Origin: Chiloscyllium plagiosum
Lineage: Eukaryota
Length of the DNA: 58,344 nucleotides
Direction of reading: 5' to 3'
Assembly (NCBI RefSeq): GCF_004010195.1
Contig: NC_057717.1
Coordinates: 102,516,849-102,575,192 of the forward strand
Positions within the stretch are counted from its first letter, which is position 1; each line of letters opens with the position of its first letter. Made by a program: the position numbers and the translations under genes. Shown here piece after piece: positions 49,310 to 58,344 of this stretch. The notes under the pieces were generated by a model. The model saw only the letters and a program-made list of their open reading frames with translations. It had not been told where the DNA came from and searched no databases.

Positions 49310-50383
49310 TCTGTTAGCAAGTTTTGAGAAGATTTGTAGCTCAGGTTGAGGTTCTGGATGTAGGTTTGCTCGCCGAGCTGGAAATTTCGTTTTCAGATGT
49401 TTCATCACCATACTAAGTAACGTCATCAGTGAGCCTCTGGTGAAGCACTGGTATATGGCCCGCTTTATATTTATGTATTTAGGTTTCCTTGGGTAGGTGA
49501 TGTTATTTCCTGTGTTGGTGATGCCATTTCCTGTGTTGGTGAGGTTATTTCCTGTTCTTTTTCTAAGTGGGTGGTAAATGAGGTCCAAGTCAATGTGTTT
49601 CTTGGTAGAGTTCCGGTTGGAATGCTATGCTTCTAAGAATTTTCGTGCATGTCTCTGTTTGGCTTATCCTGGATGGATGTGTTATTCCAGTCAAAGTGGA
49701 TTCCTTCCTCATCTGCATGTAAGGATACTAGTGAAAGTGGGTCATGTCTTTTTGTGGCTAGTTGGTGTTCATGTATCCTGGTGGCTAGTTTTCTGCCTGT
49801 TTGTCCAGTGTAGTGTTTGTTACAGTTCTTGCACAGTATTTTGTAAATGACGTTCGTTTAGCTTGTTTCTCTGTGTAGAGTCTTTCAAGTTCATTAGCTG
49901 CTATTTTAGTGTGTTGGTGGGTTTGTGAGCTACCATGATGCTAAGAGGTGTGAGTAGGTCTGAGTCATTTCCAAGATGCCTTTGATTTGGGGAGAGTGGC
50001 TAGAATTTCTGGACACATTTTGTCTGCTTGTTTAGGTTTGTTGCTGAGAAATCGGTGTTCATTGGAGAATCCGTTCTTTTTGAATATGCTGTATAGGTGT
50101 TTCTCTCTTCTCTGCATAGTTCCTCTGTGCTGCAGTGTGTGGTGGCTCATTGAAATAATCTTCTAATGCACCTTTGTTTGTGGAGGTTGGGGTGATAGTT
50201 TCTGTCGTTCAGTATTTAGGCCGTATGTGTTGTTTTCCTGTAGATGCTGGATTGAAGTTCCTCATTGGCTGTTCACTCTACTGTGACATCTAGAAATGGC
50301 AGTTTGTTGTTGTTTTCCTCCTCTTCAGTGAATTTTATGCCTGTAAGGATATTGTTGATGGTCTTGAAGGTTTCATCTAATTT
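49310..50383 (-). mobile_element. Penelope-like element (RT C-terminus, linker, GIY-YIG, hammerhead tail) with 17-bp TSD
   Basis: IKFTEEEENNNKLPFLDV, KHLYSIFKKNG, NVIYKI.CKNCNKHYTGQTGRKLATRIHEHQ; hammerhead ctca-CTGATGA-c-gttact-tagtat-ggtgat-GAAACATC-tgaa; TSD ctttattc(aa/ct)ctgtaat at 49293-49309 and 50384-50400. Confidence 0.9.
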
Positions 50384-51455
50384 CTTTATTCCTCTGTAAT
50401 AATTTTACCTCTGATTCCACCTTCTCCCTCTCACATTGCTGAGTAAATTCAATTATATTATGATCACTGCTTCCTAACGATTCCTTCACCTTAAGCTCCC
50501 TTATCAAGTCTGCCTGATCCCACCCAAACACACCTCCTTCCACCCCACCCAAACCACCCCACCTTGATCCATCTTCTAGGCCTGCCCCATAGCAGGCTGA
50601 AATGGGGTAAGGTTAGGGCTATGTCAGGGTAACTTAGAGTTGTCACATCTCACACCTGAAGGGTAGCCGGGCAGGCGGGCGAGAAACTCGAGAGTGGGTA
50701 GTTCACTTGGAAATGTGCCCATTCACTGAGGAGGGGCAAGGAGAGAAAGGGAAAAGTGAGAGTTGAGAAGAAAAAAGCTTGAAATGAATCACACAGCAAT
50801 TGAAAGGTGCTGTGTTTCACGAGCAGTTTGGAAACAAAACAGAGTGAGAAATTAGTGCGACTGGAACATCGGCCGATAAAGTTACTGCCCTCAGTTCCAT
50901 TCATCCAGGGGTAAGAATCACAAGCCCGTGTGAGTAGATTGATTTACAAGCTGGGGATTTTACCTGATGGATGTACGAGAAACACTCAGCACCACAATTC
51001 TCCAAGCAGCTTCTTAGCTTATAGTTTTGAGGATTAGCAGCAACAATGTGAGACAAACTCCACGAGAGAGATAGAGACGCGAAACCAGATGGGCTGTCTC
51101 TCCATGACATTTCTTCCCAATAAGTGCTGTCATCGTTGATGAGGCGCAGACGGATTTCTGGACTGAAATTGTTGAGATGCTTTTCTTTCAGAAACTGTAC
51201 GTTGACTGACAGACCTTGGTTGTGACTAATACCAGGCGGCTGTTTAATGTACAACTGCACCATTGCTGGGAAGGTAATGCTTTATCTAAAGCAAACACGG
51301 TGTGGGGTTTGTAACTCCAGTGCAGGCAAGCAAGGAAGATAAATGGCTCCCTCAACAGTCCTTGAATCTTTTAGTCTGTGTTACTGTGGCTGTACTGATA
51401 GCCTTTGTTTAGGACATGACTGGGCAGCAAGAGAATGATGGAAAAGAAAAGATCA

Positions 51456-51628
51456 CAGAGGAACCTCAATTATCCGAAGGACACGGGCAGAGAGTACTGA
51501 ATTTGGTTAATCGAATTCTGGATAATTGAATACCGGATAACATAGTTAGCCAAGCTCCGGACCTTGCGATCTTGTTCAGATAATCCAAAGTTCAGTTAAT
51601 CGAATTCCGGTTAATCGAGGTTCCTCTG
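51456..51628. mobile_element. TcMar/Tigger-like MITE
   Basis: TIRs cagaggaacctcaattatccg / cggttaatcgaggttcctctg followed by TA. Confidence 0.85.
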
Positions 51629-51696
51629 TAGATACGAAGATGTAATCATAGGATGTTGCTAACCAGATGTCTACATACCTTCCTCATCTCTACTTA

Positions 51697-52280
51697 GAGT
51701 CATAGTTTTCACAGCTCTTTGGTCTGATGTGTCTGCACTGGTCATCAAGCATGGGCCTGTTCTAATCCCAATTTCCTACACTTGGCCCCATTCCCCTACA
51801 GAAAGCCTTGTGTGCTGGCGGAAATGATGCTTGAGGGCTTATTCCCATCTACTGATCTTTTCAGTTCCACCTCCCCACCACCCTCTGGATGAAAACAAAA
51901 TAGTCAAATCTCCTCTAAACATCTTGCTCTTGACATGTTCACGAGCAGGTGCTGTTGGGCCTTTGGAAGCTCCAAGTTGATGTTGACTCACCTTGGGTGA
52001 AGGATGTTTGGGATTCTAGGACAATTCAGACACATTCATGACTCCCTATTTCTACCAGCCATTACCGAATGCATTGAGCCATCTTGCCAGAAGCATAGAA
52101 CATGGAACAATACAGTAAGGAAACGTGCCCTTCGGCCCACCACATCTGTGCCATTCTAAACATATCCCATTTGCCTGTCCATGATCTGTATCCCTCTATT
52201 TTCTGCCTGTTCATGTGTCTGTCATGATCCTCTGAAATGTTGCTGCCCTTATTGGCTTCTACCACCCTCTCCCGGCCCTG
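51697..52280 (-). mobile_element. Two decayed CR1 tails (51697-51935; 52093-52280)
   Basis: catagaacatggaacaatacag...cccttcggcccac. Confidence 0.7.
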
Positions 52281-52975
52281 CGTTCCAGGCACCACCCACT
52301 ATGCAGCTGGGAGCCATGAAAGGAACATCACTCCTGATGTCATCTCAAAAATACAGTTTCTTTAACAATGTTTTCTCCCTTTTGTCTCAAGTCAGGTTCA
52401 TAACCCACAAGCTAAAAAAAGGAGAGAATGCCACCTACATATGATGGAAAACTAAAGAGGCTACCCACATTCCCCTATAATTAATATATCCCTTTGATAG
52501 TTGACTTTATAATGAGCTGCAAAGTAATCTCACTTGCATCTTTCAACGTATCTAAAACTTCTTAACAATCTGCATCTATTCAAACGCAAGTTTTTTTTTG
52601 AATTGATCACCTCTGCTCTCGTTGCCCTGTATTGGCTTATGGTTTGGTGACACCACTGTTTAACTTAAATCCTTCCATTGCCCGTCACCCCTCCCTACCT
52701 CTGTAACCAACTCCTGCCCCCGGTTCTCCTGAGGTCCCTGTACTCCAGTTGGATGCTCTTGTGCATCCCAGGTTCCCATTGCTCTGCCATTGGAGACTGT
52801 GTGTCCAGCTGCCTGCAAGTCCCTCCCACAAGCTCTCCATCTTTCTCGACTCCTCCTCAGACCCTCTGGAAAGCCCATCTCATTGATCAACTTTACAGTT
52901 ACCTGTCCTTCTGTGCTGAATGTTGTCTCATTCCCATCTAATGTAGTACCTTGAAATATTTCACGACGTAGATTC

Positions 52976-53190
52976 ATGGGGTTGGTTAGCTCAGTGGGCT
53001 AGACGGCTAGTTTGTGATGTAGTATGACATCAACAGCGTGGGTTCAATTCCCACGGTGGCTGTGGTTACCATGCAGATCCTTTCTCCCCTTGTGTGAAGC
53101 GTGTTGACCCTCAGGTTAAACTCACTCACCTACCTAAGAAGACAGCAGCCCTGTGCTCTGGTTAAGCTATAGTGGCTTTACCTCTTTAAG
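52976..53190 (+). mobile_element. tRNA-derived SINE (third family)
   Basis: A box ttagctcagtgg, B box gggttcaattccc; homologous pieces at 13.5-14.1 kb and about 19185-19245 (-). Confidence 0.7.
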
Positions 53191-53917
53191 TTGAAGGTAA
53201 TTATGCAATAAGCCATCATCATGGGCTTTTTTAAAAACCATGTTGAGAAGAGCTATGTTTACACAAGGCTATAATATCAGTTTTCCAGGCTATATTGTTC
53301 TGTTTTCCTTTATTTTGAAAGTGTGATGTTATCAGTGAGTTTGATTTGAAGGGGTTTTTGAGTCTGGCAGAATGAAGGGCTTGATTTACAGTGTACTGTT
53401 TAAGTAAGTATTTTGATAGATGTCTGTACCTTTGCTGTCATTAACTTAAGCTTCTTTTCACTCACCATCACTCCCACATGTCAGTTCTTCAGTTCATATA
53501 ATGATCACCCAATAAAACACCAGTGAATATAAACATAAAACAAATGCTGCTAATATTTATTGCACCGTTCCACACAACCTCCATTTGGCAACCTTTCCTG
53601 GGGTCCCTCTCCCCAGCAGATGTTACTGATTTCTCCCTCAATTTTATTTTTCCTTTAGTGCGATGTGGGGATAACTGGCAAGTTGCTCCCTATTCCTAAC
53701 TGCCCTAACACCAGTTGGAATTTTAAGAGTCCCTTCTAGCAAAGACAGTGCTCCCATTTCTCATAAATTCTGCTACATAGTACGATGAAAGGTTTCTGAT
53801 TGATATATGTATCAATATCCCTTTTAGAGTTTGGATTTCAAACTAGTGGCATTTGGATGTTGGTTATTTTTGTAAACGGTTTGAGAATAATTAGATCAGT
53901 CAGTCTTCCAAAAATAT

Positions 53918-54072
53918 GGTAAAAACAATGACTGCAGATGCTGGAAACCAGATTCTGGATTAGTGGTGCTGGAAGAGCACAGCAGTTCAGGCAGCATCCA
54001 AGGAGCTTTTTAGAACTAGGGTGAGGTGGGGGAAGGGGAAATGAGGAAACTGTTGAAGTCCACATTGATGCC
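53918..54072 (-). mobile_element. 3' end of a second Penelope-like lineage (coding C-terminus plus lineage A tail)
   Basis: Minus strand GINVDFNSFLISPSPTSP* (54072-54016) joined to ...gctccttggatgctgcctgaactgctgtg...ctgcagtcattgttttacc. Confidence 0.6.
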
Positions 54073-54126
54073 TAATCCTATTGAAACACACAAATACCTG
54101 TGCTGGCTTGACAAGGTAGACTTTGA

Positions 54127-54279
54127 TTCTGGAATAGACTGGTGCTGGAATCCTGATGAAGGGCTTTTGCCGGAAACGTCGATTTTCCTGCTCCTCGGAT
54201 GCTGCCTGAACTGCTGTGCTTTTCCAGCACCACTCTAATCCAGACTCTGGTTTCCAGCATCTGCAGTCATTGTTTTTAT
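54127..54279 (+). mobile_element. Lineage A element with perfect 15-bp TSD
   Basis: TSD caaggtagactttga at 54112-54126 and 54280-54294; aatc-CTGATGA-a-gggc-tttt-gccg-GAAACGTC-gatt at 54149-54184. Confidence 0.85.
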
Positions 54280-54930
54280 CAAGGTAGACTTTGAGAAGAT
54301 ATTCCCAAAACCCTTCCCTCATTCAGGTCTCTGTATTGCAGGGGTCACCATCCTCTATTGTGGCTACACTGAGCTCTCCCCATTTGTCCTCAGTCCCATT
54401 CTTCAAGGTCTGGAGGGGGTTTCTGTTAGTTCATGATACACCATTGGAAGTAAGGAAGCTGAGAATACCAGTGATGTTCGAGGTAAAATGCGTTAAGAGG
54501 TATCTGGATACCTTCCGAAACTGGTTTATGTTCATAATAAGGCCAGGCTCATCCACAGACATTTTGTCACACTGTTCTTTCTTTGGACGAGACCGGTGGA
54601 CGAACTCCTTGGACTCCCAACAGCTTTTGACCAAGCGTTTGGGTCAATGAGCAGATAGCTAGGCATTCACGCAAGGTGAAGCCAGACGCTCAAGGTGGAG
54701 CGACTAAGAGAGAGAGAGAAAGCGAAGCATTGATGAGTGCAAGACTGGTGGGTCGGACCTACCCATTACAAAGGTATTCCTCCAAAATCATAATAACGGG
54801 GGTGGGAACATGATATAGATTGGGGTGGACCCTGAACCCGACAGAGTCATGAGGCAGCTGATCTTAGACAACAGTTCACAGAGAGGGGGAGTTGTTTGAG
54901 GTCAGGTATTTGGTGGACGATGGGAACAGC
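54280..54930 (+). pseudogene. Highly decayed Gypsy-like LTR retrotransposon integrase C-terminal region
   Basis: Across frames: DFEKIF; YLPKLVYVHN; SST...FFGR; PVDELLG; KVFLQNH..GGNMI...DPEP.RV, in Gypsy integrase order. Confidence 0.45.
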
Positions 54931-55293
54931 TCACCCTGTGGGACTAGGAGGGACGGTGTAAGATGGCTCAAGAGAAGTGGAGTGGGATGGTGATGTGGAC
55001 ATTCTTGGGTTGGGGCGGGAGCTGTGTGTTGTGAATCCCGGGAGCGCGCAGCCACCATGGGGAAGCCTTTTCCCACTCTGGGAAACAGGGAGAACCTGTC
55101 AGGAGGCAGGGACTGAAGCAGCAAGTGCAGCCTACCATACTAGAGACCTGGATCCCAATGTGAGTGATCACCCAACCAGCCTGGATCCATTGGAAGGTAC
55201 CAGCCCTGGAAAGAGGCCGAGTAGATCGTATCGAGCAAACACTGGATCTCGCCCCAGCTCATACCAGATTGGTGGGGCAGGAAGAGAATGCTG

Positions 55294-55382
55294 TCGAAAA
55301 GTGTGGCGCTGGAAAAGCACAGCAGGTCAGGCAGCATCTGAGGAACAGGAGAGCCGACATTTCAGGCATAAGCCCTTCATTA
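55294..55382 (-). mobile_element. Lineage A single arm
   Basis: Family sequence; flanking repeat agaatgctg at 55285-55293 and 55383-55391. Confidence 0.7.
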
Positions 55383-56409
55383 AGAATGCTGCCATTAATG
55401 TAGACTAGCCTTCGTGGTACAACTGAATCTCCTAATCGCGCAACTGCTGAGCATGCGGTCACTGTATCGCTGTTGGTGTGGCACATTTGAAGCAAGGGCT
55501 GATGGGAAGGCAGGGCCAATGTTCAAAGGAATTCCTCAGCCCAGTGCAAACCACAAGCTCCTCCTGTGTGCGCATTGTAAGCAGTTCCTTGTTTATCTAA
55601 AATTTCTCCTCCCGATTGTAATAATGCCCGCGGAGGAATAATGCCTGCATCCTGATCTTTGCGTCATTCATATGTTCAAATCCCGTGTTGCAGAGAGTAC
55701 TCATGGGAGACCTCTTCACACTTCACGGGCAAGAACTGGGATCAATCACACAGCTCACACGTAAATCTCTGAGAAGGAGAAGGAATCCCTCCACACTTGG
55801 TGATTGTTCAGGAATTGATGAAAACGTCACTTTGCTGTGGGCTTTAAGATCTTTCAAACTTAATCCTCAGATGGGGGTATGAACTGTTCACCTTTACACT
55901 GAGTTCGCTGCTTTATTTTCTCTCTCTGGGATGGATGCTTAATAGAAAATCTCTGTGAATATTCATTTCTGAGCTTTCACAGCACTTAGTTCACACTTAC
56001 TCCTTGAACTGTACATTTCGGGATGGATAATCCAAAAAAACTGCCCGTGTCTGACTTTCCATTCATCTGTAACCCAGTGTACTGGGTGTGGCAGAAGCTG
56101 TCAGATTAATGCCTCATTAAGCACTTGAATTTATTTTTAGATGGATCGCTTGATTAGTTTTATTGTCTCGTCCTCCTTTTAACTAATAAACATCTGTTCC
56201 ACTGTTGAACACAATCTGCCTTCTCACGTTACCATGTTTCAGTGAGTGACTGTGGCATTGACTAAAATTAAACTAAAACAATGATCTACTAGGGATCTGG
56301 ATTGTCCTGTGGTGCCATCAGCTGTGAGTATTACACCAGCAAGCGGCTAAGTTTCAATAACTGGTCACAGGAGCAGAAGTGAGTCATTCAGCCTCTTGTA
56401 CCATCCTGT

Positions 56410-56740
56410 AATCACAGAATCCTCACAGTGCGGAAGCAGGCCATTCGGCCCTTTGAGAACACACTGACCCTCTGACATCCCACTCAAAGACTCACCCCAT
56501 CCCTGTAACCTCGTATTTCCCATGGCTAAGCCACACATTCGCCCCATCCCTGTAACCTCGTATTTCCCATGGCTAACCCACACACTCACCCCATCCCTGT
56601 AACCTCGTATTTCCCATGGCTAATACACACACTATGGGCAATTTAGCATGACCAATCCAGCTAACCTGCACAGGAGGAAACAAGAGCACTTGGAGGAAGC
56701 CCATACAGACCCCAGGAAAACATGCAATCTCCACACAAAA
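56410..56740 (-). mobile_element. HE1-like SINE with three 47-bp internal tandem units (56491-56625)
   Basis: ctcaccccatccctgtaacctcgtatttcccatggctaa starting at 56491, 56538 and 56585. Confidence 0.85.
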
Positions 56741-56742
56741 GT

Positions 56743-58344
56743 GTAACTACTCCTGTTGCTGCCTGTAGCTACTCCTGTTGCTGTCTGTAGCTATTCCTGT
56801 CGCTGTCTGTAGCTAGGAGAAAGTGAGGACTGCAGATGCTGGGGATCAGAGCTTAAAAATGTGTTGCTGGAAAAGCGCAGCAGGTCAGGCAGCATCAAAA
56901 AGAAGGAGAAGGAGAACCGACGTTTCAGGCATAAGCCCTTTATTCCTGAAGAAGGGCTTATGCCCGAAACGTCGATTCTCCTTCTCCTTTGATGCTGCCT
57001 GACCTGCTGCGCTTTTCCAGCAACACATTTTTAAGCGCTGTCTGTAGCTACTCCTGTTGCTGCCTGTAGCTACTCTTGTCGCTGCCTGTAGCTACAGACA
57101 GCAACAGGAGTAGGTACAGACAGCAACAGGAGTAGTTACAGACAGCAACAGGAGTAGCTACAGACAGGAACAGGAATAGCTACAGACGGGAACAGGAATA
57201 GCTACAGACAACAACAGGAGTATTCAAAAACAGCAACAGGAGTAGTTACAGACAGAAACAGGGGTAGTTCAGACAGCAACAGGAGTATTCAAAAACAGCA
57301 ACAGGAATAGCTACTGACAACAACAGGAGTAGTTACAGACAGCAACAGGAGTGACTACAGACAGCAACAGGAGTAGATACAAACATCTGTAGGAGTCTTT
57401 ACAGACAGCAACAAGAGTAAATGCAGACAGCAACAGGAGGAGTTACCGACAGCAACAGGAGTAGATACAGACAGCAACAGGAGTAGCTACAGAGAGCAAC
57501 AGGAGTAGCTACAGACAGCAACAGGAATAGTCACAAACAACACCAGGAGTATTTACAGACAGGAACAAGAGTAGATACAGACCGCAACAGGAGGAGTTGC
57601 AGACAGCAACAGGAGTAGCTACAGACAGTTACAGGAGTAGGTGCAGACAGCAACAGGAGTAGATAGAGACAGCAACAGGAGTATGTGCAGACAGCAACAG
57701 GAGTGGCTACAGACAGCAACAGGAGTAGTTACAGACAGCAACAGGAATAGCTACAGACAGCAAGAGGAGTGTTACAGACAGAAACAGGAGTAGCTACAGA
57801 CAGCAACAGGAGTAGTTACAGACAGCGACAGGAGTAGCTACAGAGAGCAACAGGAATAGCTACCGACAGCAATGGGTGTAGATACAGACAGGGACAGGAG
57901 TAGTTACAGACAGCAACAGGAATAGCTACAGACTGCAACAGGAGTAGCTACAGACAGCAACAGGAGTAGCTATAGAGAGCAACAGGAATAGCTACAGAGA
58001 GCAACAGGAATAGCTACAGAGAGCAACAGGAATAGCTACAGACAGCAACAGGAGTAGCTACAGACAGCAACAGGAGTAGCTACAGACAGCAACAGGAATA
58101 ATTACAGACAGCAACAGGAGTAGATACAGAGAGCAACAGGAATAGCTACAGACAGCAACAGGAATAGCTACAGATAGCAACAGGAGTAGATAGAGTCATT
58201 TACAGGAGTAGCTACAGACAGTTACAGGAGTAGTTACATACAGCGACAGGAGTAGATACAGACAGCAACGGGAGTAGATAGAGTCATTTACAGGAGTAGC
58301 TACAGACAGTTACAGGAGTAGTTACACACAGCGACAGGAGTAGG
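56743..58344. repeat. 22-bp minisatellite/satellite (gctacagacagcaacaggagta)n, inverted before 57091, running off the window end
   Basis: About 57 forward units from 57091; reverse-complement units at 56743-56815 and 57036-57091. Confidence 0.95.
56816..57035. mobile_element. Young lineage A fold-back element with intact hammerhead core (+, 56946-56973) inserted in the satellite
   Basis: Near-perfect inverted arms; CTGAAGA-a-gggc-ttat-gccc-GAAACGTC; cgctgtctgtagcta on both sides (56801-56815, 57036-57050). Confidence 0.9.

Larger units (their letters stand above)
46575..50515 (-). pseudogene. Long decayed CR1 ORF2 (endonuclease end, RT, 3' tail) with nested fold-back (48590-48800) and Penelope insertion
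   Basis: GSSDHNIIEF (about 50.47 kb); LNKGNYRSMREELGKIDW; DVIYLDFKKDFDTVPHRRLL; LGPQLFTSYIDDLDEG..TKFADDTKIG. Confidence 0.92.

Noticed and set aside
50901..51263. 120-aa ORF (also 9690-10016 and 28416-28769) as host genes
   Set aside because: No recognisable domains or convincing splice context; lengths are within chance expectation
52976..53060. Genuine tRNA gene (likewise the HE1 heads)
   Set aside because: A/B boxes are present but cloverleaf pairing is poor and the head runs into a repeated SINE body
53918..54279. Single 360-bp MITE with long TIRs
   Set aside because: The right arm has its own 15-bp TSD (54112/54280), so these are two adjacent insertions in opposite orientation
57091..58344. 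Cys/Leu-rich ORF, or a CRISPR array
   Set aside because: Simple 22-bp satellite; not a multiple of three and no spacers

Overview
Repeat-dense, essentially non-coding vertebrate DNA, almost certainly from a cartilaginous fish (shark). This is inferred from HE1-type V-SINEs with their CR1/HER1-like partner LINE tails, Deu-type SINEs and shark-style Penelope-like elements. I found no confidently supported host protein-coding exon; most recognisable ORFs in the track are LINE or Penelope fragments, or antisense readings of SINEs. The window holds about 25 CR1-clade LINE fragments, about 13 HE1-like SINEs, L2, Rex1/Babar and Tx1 remnants, three Penelope (GIY-YIG) fragments, a decayed Gypsy integrase, two solo-LTR-like elements, a TcMar-type MITE pair and a terminal 22-bp satellite that flips orientation. 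The main hidden signal is RNA structure: about 25 copies (many decayed) of minimal hammerhead-ribozyme motifs, CTGANGA-N-stem II-GAAAC/G-NTH, in at least five sequence lineages (labelled A-E here). Lineage D overlaps the stop codon of the Penelope GIY-YIG ORF. The others sit in short (about 90-220 bp) non-coding elements, often head-to-head fold-backs, flanked by 9-17 bp target-site duplications. All calls are by-eye recognition without alignment or database searches, and coordinates of decayed repeats are approximate.
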